DNA of 64,000 nucleotides from Deferribacterales bacterium (GCA_050253075.1 JBFWJS010000006.1:96001-160000); one strand, 5' to 3'. Counted from the stretch's first letter, positions 22,493 to 32,999 are shown. Translations and numbers: made by a program. Notes: generated from the sequence alone by a model not told the origin.

Positions 22493-24451
22493 ATGAAGTA
22501 TAAGATCAAGATCGGTACTTTAAAGATAAGTACCACTATCGCTGTCGGATTTTCGATAGTGATAGCCATCCTAGCCGTTACCGCAGCGGTCTCTGTCTTT
22601 TCCGTAAAAATATCTCTAAACGGTATCCAGAGCGTTAAAATGCTGGCACAGGACTCCAGCGACATGAATACTCTCAGGGCTTCTCTGCTCCTCAGCAACC
22701 TGAACGCCAAAGAATATTTCATGGACAACAGCGAAGATTCGCTCGACAGCTATACAGAGACAAAAGACGCTATGATGGCACAGCTTAACTCCATAGACGG
22801 GAACAAGCTGAACGCAGACGAGGCTCTTCAGGGACTTTCCGAAGGTATAAAAGAATACACAGACACTTTTGACCAGATAAAGACCCTAATAGAGCAGAGA
22901 AACAGCGCAATGGCATCATTCTATAAACATGGTCAGGACATGCGTGCATCCCTTACCAATATTATGGAATACGCTTACCAGATGGATAATATCAAAGTGG
23001 TATACATCATCGGGCGTATGCAGGAAGCCATCATGAAGGCAAGGTTCTTCGCACTTGACTTTATAAAGACAAACTCGGCAGACTCTCAGACCAAGGCATA
23101 CAAGGCTATCACAGAAGACCTTGATAAAGTAATCGCCGATGCAGACAGCGCCATTGTCAACTCTTACAACAAAGACCAGCTTAATAACTTCAAACATTCC
23201 AGAGAAAGTTTCCTCGCCACATTTAACTCCATTTCTGAAGCGGTTGAAAATATTGAGCTGCTCAATAACTATGTAATGAGAAAGACAAGCGAACAGGTCA
23301 CCTATGCCGTAAACACCATTAATACCGACCTGAAAGAGAAAGAAGACAGACTCAGCCAGGCAGCGTATACCACAAGCAGCCGTCTGATGAACCTTACTTT
23401 CCTAGTTTCGGCTCTCGGCATACTGGCATCCATACTCTTCGGGCTGTTCATCACCAGAAGCGTGAAAAAGCCTCTCGGCGGTGAACCAGCTGAAATGGCT
23501 AAGATAGCCGACAGCATAGCAGACGGTAACCTGCGCATCGAACGCAGAAACGGCAAGGCAGACGGACTCTATGCATCCATGCTGAAAATGGGGGAAAACC
23601 TCACGGCAATAGCAAAGAACATCCGTGAAGCATCCGAGACAGTCTCCGCAGGCAGTGAAGAGCTCGCCAGCTCCAGCAGTCAGCTCAGCGGAAACTTTGC
23701 CGATCAGGCAGGTCAGGTACGCTCCATCGCAAGCGCACTGGAAGAGATGGCAGCATCATCCCGACAGGTTCTGGAAAATATCGAACTGGCTATGGATAAA
23801 AGCGACAACGCAAGCCAGCTCGCCGCAGACGGTAAGAACAGACTGCACGATACAAATAAGAGCATAGACTCCATCAAATCATCCACAGAGGCACTGGCGA
23901 AAACCATCGAAAGCCTCACAGGGTCATCCACCGAGATCAGCGAGATATTAAACGTGATAAACGACATCGCCGATCAGACAAACCTTCTTGCGCTTAACGC
24001 AGCCATCGAGGCAGCCAGAGCGGGCGAAGCAGGACGTGGATTTGCCGTGGTGGCGGACGAAGTGCGTAAGCTGGCGGAGAGGACACAGAGTGCGATATCT
24101 GAGATAGACTCCATCATCACATCTCTGCAGAAAGAATCCGCATCCGCATCTGCAAACATGACACAGGCGGAAGCAGAGGTTGCAAACGGCGTTAAAGCCC
24201 TTAATCAGACAGAGGAAGTTTTCAACAGCATCGTGTCCGCAGTGGAGGAAGTGGCAAACGCAAACAACATGATAGTCACAGCCGTTACAGAACAGAATCA
24301 GGCTATAGAGAGCCTCAATGATAATGTTCAGGCGGTCAGCTCAGGACAGGAACAGAGCACAATGGCTCTGCACGCTATCACAAACACCATAAACGACCTA
24401 AACGATCAGGCTCGGAACATGAACCACACTGTAGAGATTTTCAAGATATAG
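22493..24451 (+). CDS. Methyl-accepting chemotaxis protein
   Basis: TM-large helical periplasmic domain-[46 protein letters not shown]. Confidence 0.96.
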   Translation: MKYKIKIGTLKISTTIAVGFSIVIAILAVTAAVSVFSVKISLNGIQSVKMLAQDSSDMNTLRASLLLSNLNAKEYFMDNSEDSLDSYTETKDAMMAQLNSIDGNKLNADEALQGLSEGIKEYTDTFDQIKTLIEQRNSAMASFYKHGQDMRASLTNIMEYAYQMDNIKVVYIIGRMQEAIMKARFFALDFIKTNSADSQTKAYKAITEDLDKVIADADSAIVNSYNKDQLNNFKHSRESFLATFNSISEAVENIELLNNYVMRKTSEQVTYAVNTINTDLKEKEDRLSQAAYTTSSRLMNLTFLVSALGILASILFGLFITRSVKKPLGGEPAEMAKIADSIADGNLRIERRNGKADGLYASMLKMGENLTAIAKNIREASETVSAGSEELASSSSQLSGNFADQAGQVRSIASALEEMAASSRQVLENIELAMDKSDNASQLAADGKNRLHDTNKSIDSIKSSTEALAKTIESLTGSSTEISEILNVINDIADQTNLLALNAAIEAARAGEAGRGFAVVADEVRKLAERTQSAISEIDSIITSLQKESASASANMTQAEAEVANGVKALNQTEEVFNSIVSAVEEVANANNMIVTAVTEQNQAIESLNDNVQAVSSGQEQSTMALHAITNTINDLNDQARNMNHTVEIFKI

Positions 24452-24459
24452 CAATCATT

Positions 24460-24489
24460 AAGGCAGTCTTACACAAGGCTGCCTTTTTT
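24460..24489. terminator. Terminator between convergent MCP and yoeB
   Basis: AAGGCAGTCTT-ACAC-AAGGCTGCCTT plus T-run. Confidence 0.75.
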
Positions 24490-24492
24490 ATT

Positions 24493-24747
24493 TCAATAAT
24501 GATATCTGCACTGAAAGATAATAATGGTTTTATCATCTACTTGATAAACTAGTCGATGTTCATGATCTATTCTGCGTGACCACATTCCGCTAAGGTCAAA
24601 ACGCAAAGCCTCAGGCTTTCCGACTCCTTCAAACGGGGAACGTTTTATGTCTTTTATAAGCTCATTGATTCGCTTAAGAGTTTTCTTATCATTTTTCTGC
24701 CAATAGAGATAATCTTCCCATGCGGTCTCAGTCCAGCTCAGAATCAT
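24493..24747 (-). CDS. yoeB: Txe/YoeB family toxin
   Basis: AWEDYLYWQ, GKPEALR, WSRRI..EHRLVY, C-terminal CRYHY. Confidence 0.96.
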   Translation of the reverse strand: MILSWTETAWEDYLYWQKNDKKTLKRINELIKDIKRSPFEGVGKPEALRFDLSGMWSRRIDHEHRLVYQVDDKTIIIFQCRYHY

Positions 24748-24994
24748 CTATTATATCCTTAGCCACAATTTTGCTAGCCTGATATTCAGCAATAGAGTTT
24801 CTGAGCCTCTCTGCATTTGCAGGGCTTTTCATCAAATACATAGTTTCTTCTATTGCGTTATAGTCTTCCAGAGACATCATCACCACAGGCTTAGAATTTT
24901 TCCTTGTGATGATAACAGGTTCCCTGTCTTCTATAACTTTATCCATTGTCTTCGCAAAGTTTTGCCTAGCATTTGAATAGTTTATTGCATCCAT
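24728..24994 (-). CDS. yefM: YefM/Phd antitoxin
   Basis: YSNARQNF, PVIITR, VMMSLEDYN..ET.YL..SPANAERL. Confidence 0.95.
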   Translation of the reverse strand: MDAINYSNARQNFAKTMDKVIEDREPVIITRKNSKPVVMMSLEDYNAIEETMYLMKSPANAERLRNSIAEYQASKIVAKDIIDDSELD

Positions 24995-25011
24995 AATTAT
25001 CTCCTGTATTT

Positions 25012-25039
25012 AATGTACAACTAATTGTACGTTTGTCAA
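25012..25039 (-). promoter_or_regulatory. yefM-yoeB promoter with autorepression operator
   Basis: Minus strand TTGACA-16-TACATT; TGTACA (25014) and TGTACG (25026) cores 12 bp apart. Confidence 0.7.
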
Positions 25040-25094
25040 GAATTAAACCTATCAATGTGGTTCAAACCAAAAAAATAAAATAAATCTAATTTTA

Positions 25095-25136
25095 TTGATT
25101 TGAATCAAGTAAAGCCTGCGCAAGATGCCCTATTCT
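25095..25136 (+). promoter_or_regulatory. CRP/FNR-family (FNR/DNR/HcpR-type) box and -10 of hcp promoter
   Basis: Perfect TTGAT-TTGA-ATCAA at 25095-25108; TATTCT at 25131-25136 gives class II (~-41.5) geometry. Confidence 0.75.
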
Positions 25137-25160
25137 CCTTTTATCAGATGAAACAAAAAT

Positions 25161-25250
25161 ACTTCCATGAAAGGAAGCCGCCGTGCGGAGCGAAGAGCAT
25201 TGAGATGCTCGCGAGCGGTCAGAAAATTTTCTATGGATGGTAAAATTTTC
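25161..25250 (-). repeat. Three-hairpin dispersed repeat (family 2), in hcp leader
   Basis: Reverse complement: GAAAATTTTACCA-TCCA-TAGAAAATTTTC, GACCGCTC, GAGCAT-CTCA-ATGCTC, TTCGCTC, CTTCC..GGAAG; same layout as 37858 and 42761. Confidence 0.6.
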
Positions 25251-25274
25251 AAAGTAAATTAAGGAGACAATACT

Positions 25275-26906
25275 ATGGGAATGTTCTGTTATCAGTGTCA
25301 GGAAGCAGCTAAGAACACAGGCTGTACAGCAAGAGGCGTATGCGGTAAATCAGACGATACTGCAAACCTTCAGGATGCACTTATATATGTGCTTAAAGGT
25401 CTCTCTGTTTATGCTCAGGCAGCAGCAGAAAAAGGCGCAATAGACAACAAATACGGCAGATTTGTCGGTCAGGCACTCTTCGCCACTATCACAAACGCAA
25501 ACTTTGACAATGCTAAGATATTCAAGCTGATTCAGGCTGCATGTGAGATAAGAGACGAGCTCAAGTCACTCTCCGGCGCATCTCTCGCTGTTGAAGGAGG
25601 CAACTGGACACCTGCAGACATGGCTGAAGCTGTCGCAACAGGCGCAGCACACGGTATCCTCTCTCAGGCTAACGAAGATGTCCGTTCACTCCGTGAGCTC
25701 ACAATATACGGCGTAAAAGGTATGGCTGCATACGCTGACCACGCTTCATGCCTCGGATACGAAGACGAAGTTGTCTTCAACCACATGATATCCGCACTCG
25801 CATCCACTACAAAAGACCTCTCTGTGGACGAGATGATCGGTATGGTTATGAAAACAGGTGAAATCGCTGTGACAACAATGGCTCTCCTCGATAAAGCAAA
25901 CACAGAAAGCTATGGAAACCCGGAGATAACAGAAGTAAACATCGGCGTTGGAAACAAACCGGGCATACTTATCTCCGGTCACGACCTTAAAGACCTCAAA
26001 GAGCTCCTCGAGCAGACACAGGGCACAGGCGTGGATGTATACACCCACTCTGAAATGCTCCCTGCGCACTACTATCCGGAGTTCAAGAAATACGATAACT
26101 TCGTAGGTAACTACGGTAATGCATGGTGGAAACAGTCCGACGAATTTACATCATTCAACGGCCCTATCCTCATGACAACAAACTGTATCACACCTGTGAA
26201 AGATGCATACAAAGACAGAATGTACACAACAGGCATGGCAGGATACCCCGGTCTCACACACATCGAAGATGCACCGAAAGGCCAGATGAAAGACTTCTCT
26301 GCTATCATCGAGCAGGCTAAGACATGTGCCGCTCCTACACAGATAGAAGAAGGCAAGATCGTAGGCGGTTTCGCTCACGCTCAGGTTATGGCTCTCGCTG
26401 ATAAAGTTGTCGATGCCGTTAAAGCCGGCGCAATCAAGAGATTCGTCGTTATGGCTGGATGTGACGGACGTCATAAAGAGAGAAGCTACTTTACAGATGT
26501 AGCTGAGCAGCTTCCGCAGGATGCAGTCATCCTCACAGCAGGATGCGCTAAATACCGCTACAACAAGCTGAACCTCGGCGACATCGGCGGTATCCCGAGA
26601 GTGCTTGATGCAGGTCAGTGTAACGACAGCTACTCACTCGCTGTTATCGCACTTAAGCTGAAAGAGGTATTCGGACTCGAAGACATAAACGAGCTGCCTA
26701 TCTCCTTCGACATCGCATGGTACGAGCAGAAGGCAGCCACAGTGCTCCTTGCGCTTCTCTACCTCGGTGTTAAAGGCGTACGCCTCGGGCCGACACTTCC
26801 TGCATTCCTCAGCCCGAATGTAGCGAAAGTACTCGTAGAAAACTTCGATATCAAGCCTATCGGCGATGTTAAAGCAGATATAGAAGCCATGATGGCTGGT
26901 GCTTAA
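25275..26906 (+). CDS. hcp: Hybrid cluster protein (hydroxylamine/NO reductase)
   Basis: [10 protein letters not shown]....[34 protein letters not shown]. Confidence 0.97.
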   Translation: MGMFCYQCQEAAKNTGCTARGVCGKSDDTANLQDALIYVLKGLSVYAQAAAEKGAIDNKYGRFVGQALFATITNANFDNAKIFKLIQAACEIRDELKSLSGASLAVEGGNWTPADMAEAVATGAAHGILSQANEDVRSLRELTIYGVKGMAAYADHASCLGYEDEVVFNHMISALASTTKDLSVDEMIGMVMKTGEIAVTTMALLDKANTESYGNPEITEVNIGVGNKPGILISGHDLKDLKELLEQTQGTGVDVYTHSEMLPAHYYPEFKKYDNFVGNYGNAWWKQSDEFTSFNGPILMTTNCITPVKDAYKDRMYTTGMAGYPGLTHIEDAPKGQMKDFSAIIEQAKTCAAPTQIEEGKIVGGFAHAQVMALADKVVDAVKAGAIKRFVVMAGCDGRHKERSYFTDVAEQLPQDAVILTAGCAKYRYNKLNLGDIGGIPRVLDAGQCNDSYSLAVIALKLKEVFGLEDINELPISFDIAWYEQKAATVLLALLYLGVKGVRLGPTLPAFLSPNVAKVLVENFDIKPIGDVKADIEAMMAGA

Positions 26907-26988
26907 TAAGCATCTAAAAGATAAAGCAAAGGCGGCAGTTAAATGCAAAGCGTTTCAGAGCCGTGTTGAAATTTTGAAGTAAAATAAG

Positions 26989-27024
26989 AAAAACCCCAAT
27001 TTTAATAATAAGATTGGGGTTTTT
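26989..27024. terminator. Bidirectional terminator-like hairpin
   Basis: AAAAACCCCAATTTT...AAGATTGGGGTTTTT between convergent hcp and flavodoxin. Confidence 0.65.
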
Positions 27025-27043
27025 ACGTTTCAGAATTTTTTTT

Positions 27044-27126
27044 CGTCATCCTGAGGCTTTAGCCAAAGGATCTGAACACGTGGATTCTCTAGTGGTATCA
27101 GATTCTTCGCTCCGTTCAGAATGACG
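27044..27126. repeat. Inverted dimer of GTCA-tagged REP-like palindromes (family 1)
   Basis: CGTCATCCTGAGGCTTTAGCCAAAGGATCT ... AGATTCTTCGCTCCGTTCAGAATGACG; same B/C pair as in the 58.6-59.5 kb array. Confidence 0.85.
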
Positions 27127-27200
27127 TAGCCTTGATTGTTTTAGAGTTCTGCAACAAGTCTTTCGAACACCTTGCAGTTAAATGCCGCCTTTTTTATTTG

Positions 27201-27704
27201 TCAGAAAGAAGCGGCGAGAAGCTCCGTCCACTTTTCTATCCTCTCGTCTGAGAGGTTGCTCTGATTGTCCTCGTCCAGTACCAGCCCGATGAAACTGCCG
27301 TTTATGAACGCTTTGGATTCTGTAAAGTTATATCCGTCTGAAGGCCACTGACCCACAAGCTCTGCGCCCGATATCTGCTCGAGTATGAGCCCCATGCCGT
27401 CCACGAATGTCTCAGGATATCCGAACTGGTCGCCTGTACCGAATATCGCTATCTTTTTATCAGTGAAGTCTATGTCGCTGAGATTAGAGACAAAAGAGTC
27501 CCAGTCGTCCTGAAGATCGTCCATTCCCCATGTGGAAGTACCGAAAATTACATTCTCATACCGGCTGATATCTTCTTTGGAAGATGCGCTTATGTCTTTA
27601 ACATCAGCGTCCAGCCCCTTCTTTTTAAGTGTGGATGCTATGCTGTAAGCCACGCCCTGAGTCGTGCCTCCGTTCGAACCGAAAAATATACCTATCTTTG
27701 ACAT
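27201..27704 (-). CDS. Long-chain flavodoxin
   Basis: GIFFGSNGGTT, GTSTWG, FGTGDQFGYPETFVDGMG, GLVLDEDNQ. Confidence 0.95.
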   Translation of the reverse strand: MSKIGIFFGSNGGTTQGVAYSIASTLKKKGLDADVKDISASSKEDISRYENVIFGTSTWGMDDLQDDWDSFVSNLSDIDFTDKKIAIFGTGDQFGYPETFVDGMGLILEQISGAELVGQWPSDGYNFTESKAFINGSFIGLVLDEDNQSNLSDERIEKWTELLAASF

Positions 27705-27749
27705 AATTATACTCCTGTATGGTACGTTATGTCCCTACCTAACATTATC

Positions 27750-27768
27750 GATATTGATTGTCAATATC
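27750..27768. promoter_or_regulatory. Fur-box-like site upstream of flavodoxin
   Basis: GATATTGATTGTCAATATC, 15/19 to GATAATGATAATCATTATC. Confidence 0.7.
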
Positions 27769-27833
27769 ATTAATTAAATAAACAGAGAGATATTGTCATT
27801 AGTTTCGGTATATCATTAGTATTGAATGATTAA

Positions 27834-28493
27834 TTAATCCCGATTATTACTTTTCTGGTCGAGAACCCTGTTTATACTGCCTAAAAGAGCATTTGCATCG
27901 TCAGATTTGCCCACTGTGCACCTGCGGTATACGTCGCCCGCTTTGTCCGCTTCTAGCACTGTATTGATCTCTTCCATCGTTCCGCTGATGTGTGCACGGT
28001 AATATCGTATGATGATCATACTGGCGAGGAAAACGGCCGTAGCCATGAATACGATAGCCCAAGCTCCCGCAGAGCCTATCTGCTTCGCCTTATAGTCTGC
28101 GCTGATCATAGCGTTTCTGTTTATGGCGCTTAGTTTACGGACGGATGATATGAGCTGTGTCATGCTCTCTCTGTCTCCGCCGAAAGCGAGGGTATATTTA
28201 TTCCTGATGGTGTTGAGAGCGGCGACTTCGCCCTCTTCCGTGATGTTGTTCTCCGCTCTGACGAGGGCATCGGTAAACTTCGCCACGGCATCCGCAGGGT
28301 CTGCACCGTTGCCGTACACAGCCACAGATGTGAGCATATCTTCGCTGGCCTGAAGCGAGTGTTCGTTCCGCTCTATGATGAGAGATATAGCAGGTGACAT
28401 CCTCATGAATATCCATATAGAACCCAGTGCCATAAGCACATTCAGGCAGATGATAACCCACAGGCTGTATCTGAAAGACCTTAAGCTCCTCAT
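27834..28493 (-). CDS. Two-TM protein with periplasmic helical sensor-like domain, no output domain
   Basis: TM-(N..S..A..DM...NNITEEGE)-TM-short HAMP-like tail; abuts ktrA stop. Confidence 0.7.
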   Translation of the reverse strand: MRSLRSFRYSLWVIICLNVLMALGSIWIFMRMSPAISLIIERNEHSLQASEDMLTSVAVYGNGADPADAVAKFTDALVRAENNITEEGEVAALNTIRNKYTLAFGGDRESMTQLISSVRKLSAINRNAMISADYKAKQIGSAGAWAIVFMATAVFLASMIIIRYYRAHISGTMEEINTVLEADKAGDVYRRCTVGKSDDANALLGSINRVLDQKSNNRD

Positions 28494-29153
28494 TTAAACA
28501 CCCTTTATCAGCTTTGGAATGGCTGCTTCCGACGATACGACTATAAGTATGTCGCCTTCATTAAAGTTTTCGCTAGGCAGTGGGCGGTGTATCCCACCCT
28601 TTTCGCCTCGGCGTATGCCTACGACCATCACGCCGTATTTCTTAGGCAGTTCGAGCTCCATGAGGCTCTTGCCGACCATTGAGGGGAGAACACACATCTC
28701 TGTGATGTGCAGATCCTCGCCGACACTGCTGTCGACTATGATATTTTTGAAAATTAATTTATTGGCGAGCCTGTTGCCCAGCTCCTGTTCAGGGTCTACC
28801 ACCTGATGTGCTCCGACCAGCTTCAGAATGCGCTGATGCATCTTATCGCTAGCTCTGGCTATCACATGGGGTGCGCCCATCTGCCTCAGCAGAGCCGTGC
28901 ATATTATGGATGCGTCCTTTGCCCCTTCGCCTATGGTACAGACGGCTGAGTCACGCTTTGCAGGCTCGAGCTTTGCGAGCTCTGCCTCGTCTGTGGCATC
29001 CATGACAAGGGCTTCCGCTGCGAAGGCTGCCGCCTCTTCCACCCTGTTTTTGCGTTTATCTATGGCGAGCACCTCTGCGCCCTTTTCCGAAAGGCTTTTA
29101 GCCAGCGACATACCGAAATGTCCGAGACCTACTATCAAAACCTGTTGAGCCAT
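28494..29153 (-). CDS. TrkA/KtrA potassium uptake regulatory subunit (RCK_N + RCK_C)
   Basis: GLGHFGMSLA nucleotide-binding motif, GKSLMELEL...YGV.VVGIRR. Confidence 0.93.
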   Translation of the reverse strand: MAQQVLIVGLGHFGMSLAKSLSEKGAEVLAIDKRKNRVEEAAAFAAEALVMDATDEAELAKLEPAKRDSAVCTIGEGAKDASIICTALLRQMGAPHVIARASDKMHQRILKLVGAHQVVDPEQELGNRLANKLIFKNIIVDSSVGEDLHITEMCVLPSMVGKSLMELELPKKYGVMVVGIRRGEKGGIHRPLPSENFNEGDILIVVSSEAAIPKLIKGV

Positions 29154-29165
29154 AATATTCTCCTG

Positions 29166-31181
29166 CTATGTGAGCGTTATATTCTTTTCTATGTGTTCGG
29201 TTCCCGTCGTTGAGCTTCTGCTCAGGAAGGTGAACATGGTGACAGGGCCTATCCTGCCCGCAAACATCGCTATGACGATGACGAGCTTGCCTATGGCATC
29301 GAGCTGTGCCGTAGCACCGATGGAGAGCCCCACTGTGCCGATGGCGGATGTCACCTCGAACATAAGCTCTCTGGTGGGTATCTGCTGTGTCACCTCTACC
29401 ATTATCACCGCCGCAAACCAAACGATGAACCCTGCGATTATGATCGTAACCGCCTTATATATCGTCTCTTCGGATATCTTATAGCTGTTGTATAAGACTG
29501 ACTTCCTGTTTGAGATATTTGACCAGAATGTAAGTATCAGCACGGCTATGGTGGTGGTCTTTATACCGCCCGCCGTACCTCCGGGGCTGCCGCCTATGAA
29601 CATAAATATATGCATGATGATGAGCGAAGGAGCAGTGACATTCGCTATATCCACAGAGTTAAACCCTGCCGTGCGGAGTGTCACCGACTGAAAGAGCGCA
29701 TTCCAGAATTTGTCAAAAACACTGAGCCCGCTCAATGTCACGTCCCACTCAAATGCCAGATACATAAGAGCACCCGCCACGACCATTATAACCGATGCGG
29801 ACAAGGCGAGTTTATAGGATATCGGTACGCTCTTCCCTCGCACCACATAGGGTATGGAGAGAGCCGCAGCAGGAGCCATCCCCCCGAGGAAGATGAGCAT
29901 CGCCACAGTGTTCAGCACCATCGGCTGAGAGTTATACCCCATAAGGCTGTCTGTCTGCAGGGCAAAGCCTGCGTTGCAGAATGCGGATATAGATGTGAAA
30001 ACACCCCGCCACATAGCCTCGCCGAAGCCGTCTCCGTTTATCAGAAACATTAACGTCAGCAATGATGCACCGGCAAGTTCAAGGGTGAATGTATATTTCA
30101 GTATTACAGACAGGGAGTTTATAAGTGATTTATGGTCTGTCTCCGTCATAGCGGTGAGGACAGTCTCATGCTTCAGACTGAGCCTTTTGCCCAGTGACTG
30201 TATGGCTATGGTGGTGATGGTCATTATGCCGAGACCGCCTAGCTGTATGAGTATAAGGATGATGAACTGCCCGAAAAGAGTGAAATCGTGCGGTGTGTCG
30301 AGGACTATCAGCCCCGTAACGCACACTGCGCTGACAGCGGTGAATACGGCATCGATGAAGCTGATGTATCCGTTAACAGTGGCGGCAGGCAGCTGTAATA
30401 ATATAGAGCCCGCAAGGCACAGCATGAAAAACGTGGTAAAGAGCATCCTCGCAGGGTGCAGGAGGATAACATCCCACCAGTACATCATGCGGTCAGAGTG
30501 GCTCTTATCCATGAAGAGTATCACGGATGCGCTGAGGTTCAGCATCAGCATTATATACACCGTCAGATCTATGCTGAAAAATACCGCCGAGAGCCCCGCC
30601 AAAAGCATGAAAGCACCCGCTATGACATTGCGTGTCAGCCTGCAGCAGTATGCCCAGTATATGAACGTGAGCTGTGTAACGGCATAGGATGTCATCAGCA
30701 GATAAAGCGTGCGCCTATGAAATGCGCCGTCAGGGTCGGATATCACAAATATAAAGAGTATCAGCGTTAGTGTATGGGCAGACCACGAAGCACGTGTGTA
30801 GCACTGCCATTTTTCCCTGTCCTTTACCTTTTGGGTGCGGACAGGAGATATGTCTATTATCAGAAACAAAAGCCCGATGAAGAGCACGTTTGCTATCAGA
30901 GTATAGAAAGGACTGCTGTCCACCAGAGGGAAAGCGAGGGCGTATATCAGCACTATGGAGAGGATTCCTGATGATTTTGCGTATTTTGGTTTGATCAGTA
31001 TGAAGTATGCAAAGAATATGCTGGCTGCGACGGATAAGGCTATCATCGCCAGCTTTGCATAAAATGGAACCGGGAGCCCCGGCTCGGCATAAAGCAGTAA
31101 AACAGGAAGCGGAGAAGCCGTGAGCACAGCCCACTCTACCCCCAGGTTTGAGACAAAGTTATTGGTCGTCTGTTTTGCCAT
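29166..31181 (-). CDS. TrkH/KtrB potassium channel subunit with extra N-terminal TM region
   Basis: SAVCVTGL, SAFCNAGF, RTAGF, GGSPGGTAGGIKTTT, SAIGTVGLS. Confidence 0.93.
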   Translation of the reverse strand: MAKQTTNNFVSNLGVEWAVLTASPLPVLLLYAEPGLPVPFYAKLAMIALSVAASIFFAYFILIKPKYAKSSGILSIVLIYALAFPLVDSSPFYTLIANVLFIGLLFLIIDISPVRTQKVKDREKWQCYTRASWSAHTLTLILFIFVISDPDGAFHRRTLYLLMTSYAVTQLTFIYWAYCCRLTRNVIAGAFMLLAGLSAVFFSIDLTVYIMLMLNLSASVILFMDKSHSDRMMYWWDVILLHPARMLFTTFFMLCLAGSILLQLPAATVNGYISFIDAVFTAVSAVCVTGLIVLDTPHDFTLFGQFIILILIQLGGLGIMTITTIAIQSLGKRLSLKHETVLTAMTETDHKSLINSLSVILKYTFTLELAGASLLTLMFLINGDGFGEAMWRGVFTSISAFCNAGFALQTDSLMGYNSQPMVLNTVAMLIFLGGMAPAAALSIPYVVRGKSVPISYKLALSASVIMVVAGALMYLAFEWDVTLSGLSVFDKFWNALFQSVTLRTAGFNSVDIANVTAPSLIIMHIFMFIGGSPGGTAGGIKTTTIAVLILTFWSNISNRKSVLYNSYKISEETIYKAVTIIIAGFIVWFAAVIMVEVTQQIPTRELMFEVTSAIGTVGLSIGATAQLDAIGKLVIVIAMFAGRIGPVTMFTFLSRSSTTGTEHIEKNITLT

Positions 31182-31237
31182 ATTTACTTCTCAAACTTAC
31201 TATAACCTATTTATGATCGGAATATATACTATTTATT

Positions 31238-31582
31238 TCAGATATTACTGCGAAACATGAAATAAACCGCCCCGAGCATGCACAGGCTCGCCCATAGATA
31301 ATCAAGCCCGATGCGCTCCCTCATATACAGCATACTGAAAACAGCGAATACAGACATGGTTATCACCTCCTGCATTATCTTCAGCTGACCGAGGGAATAA
31401 AACGTGTGCCCTATCCTGTTAGCGGGAACCTGCAGACAGTATTCAAACAGAGCGATGAACCAGCTAACGCCGATGGCTATCACTAGAGGTTTCGCACGCA
31501 TATCTTTCAGGTGTCCGTACCATGCATATGTCATGAAAATATTTGAGAATATCAAAAGGATAACAGGATAAAACTTTGCCAT
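31238..31582 (-). CDS. Small DMT-family membrane protein (DUF486-like)
   Basis: SNIFMTYAWYGHLK, SW.IALFEY.LQVPANRIG, QLKIMQEVIT; start trimmed to ATG 31582. Confidence 0.85.
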   Translation of the reverse strand: MAKFYPVILLIFSNIFMTYAWYGHLKDMRAKPLVIAIGVSWFIALFEYCLQVPANRIGHTFYSLGQLKIMQEVITMSVFAVFSMLYMRERIGLDYLWASLCMLGAVYFMFRSNI

Positions 31583-31661
31583 TTTATCACCTCGGGGGAA
31601 TTTCGGATGGATTATATTCCTATCCCGAGAGCAAGACAACAAAGTTTTACCCGGGTGATGT

Positions 31662-32999
31662 TCAGTTTTGCAGATTATCGTGCAGGTCGCATCTGTCGCC
31701 TGAAAGCATGCTGTCGAGGTGCTCGCTGAAAGCTCTGTATTCCTTCACGGCCTTTGCCTGTTCCGCCTTTCTCGATGCGTCCAGTATGCCGTAGTTACTG
31801 ATGAGGAGCTTTACAATGCCTCCGTCCAGATGGCGCATGTCTGACATCTTCTGCAGGATATCTTTCACGTCTGTGCTGTCCATGCCTATGCGGTACGGCC
31901 TGTCCTCTGCCAGGGCAGTGTATACATCCGCCACAGCCATAAGGCGGGATTCGGCGGAGAGCTCGCCGTCGCCCACATGATACGGATATCCGCTGCCGTC
32001 TATCTTTTCATGGTGTTGTGAGGCGTATTCGGCTATGTCCTTCATTTGGCGCACCTGAGAGAGTATCATGTTTGTGTAATAAGAATGACTGCGGATGTAT
32101 GCCAGCTCTTTATCGTCCAGCTTCCCGTTCTTTTCCAGTATTTCGTTCGGCACTATCAGCTTGCCTATGTCGTGCAGGTTGCCCGCTATGGACAGCTCAG
32201 AGCACTTATGCTCGCCGTAATTCATCATGTATCCCAACAGCTTTGCCACATCGGAAACGCCTCGGGAGTGGGAAGCCGTGAATCTGCTTTTAAAATCTAT
32301 CACCAGCGACACCAGCTTTGTAAAATCCTCTATCTCCTTTATGCTCATAGAGCGCTTATCGGTATTGATGTATTCATGTTCGCTGAAAAGCTGATTGAAT
32401 GATGTGCTGAGCCAGAAGGATTCTTTATCCTGCAGAGACCTGAAAGCCTCCACAGCGGCAGGTGCAAATACAGAACCTATCTTTTCGGCTATGTGGTCTA
32501 TTATATTGCCCCTCTGGAGCAGGATGTGCTGGTTCTGCTTTACGAGAACGTCCACCCTGTCTGCCAGATGTATTATATAGCTGGCTATCGGTATCGGCTC
32601 GCCTATGTAGCCCATATTTGTGCCGTGCTGCCAGTATTCATGATGATAAAGGATGATCTTTGCTATTTTGCGGAAAGGCTTGTAATTGCGCAGGAGCAGA
32701 TACCCCACAAGGCAATGCTTATACGGATTTTCCACGTCAAATTGGATGAGCTGTTCCTTTTCCTGAATGGTGAGCGGTGCCGCACCTATATCATGCAGAA
32801 GCCCCGCCAGATATATCTCCTGAAGGACATCCTCAGACAGCCCCATTGCTCTGCCTATTTCTCTCGACAATACTGCTACACGTTTGTTATGCCCTGCGAC
32901 CACAGGGTTGACCAGCTCGATGGCTGTTGAAAGGCACTCGACCAGCTGTCCTATTGATATACGGTAAATGTATGCATCTTTCATAGTGGCATCCCGCAA
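31662..32999 (-). CDS. Tandem HD-GYP phosphodiesterase
   Basis: Two HD domains (LHDIG..HHE); second has HHEKIDGSGYP and RPYR. Confidence 0.92.
   Translation of the reverse strand: MRDATMKDAYIYRISIGQLVECLSTAIELVNPVVAGHNKRVAVLSREIGRAMGLSEDVLQEIYLAGLLHDIGAAPLTIQEKEQLIQFDVENPYKHCLVGYLLLRNYKPFRKIAKIILYHHEYWQHGTNMGYIGEPIPIASYIIHLADRVDVLVKQNQHILLQRGNIIDHIAEKIGSVFAPAAVEAFRSLQDKESFWLSTSFNQLFSEHEYINTDKRSMSIKEIEDFTKLVSLVIDFKSRFTASHSRGVSDVAKLLGYMMNYGEHKCSELSIAGNLHDIGKLIVPNEILEKNGKLDDKELAYIRSHSYYTNMILSQVRQMKDIAEYASQHHEKIDGSGYPYHVGDGELSAESRLMAVADVYTALAEDRPYRIGMDSTDVKDILQKMSDMRHLDGGIVKLLISNYGILDASRKAEQAKAVKEYRAFSEHLDSMLSGDRCDLHDNLQN

Larger units (their letters stand above)
26947..27173. mobile_element. 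Putative non-autonomous insertion inside a terminator loop
   Basis: Flanked by direct repeat GCAGTTAAATGC (26935-26946, 27174-27185); removing it restores hairpin AAAGGCGGCA-GTTAAA-TGCCGCCTTT. Confidence 0.5.

Noticed and set aside
26947..27173. Autonomous IS element
   Set aside because: Too short and no transposase; kept only as a putative non-autonomous insertion.
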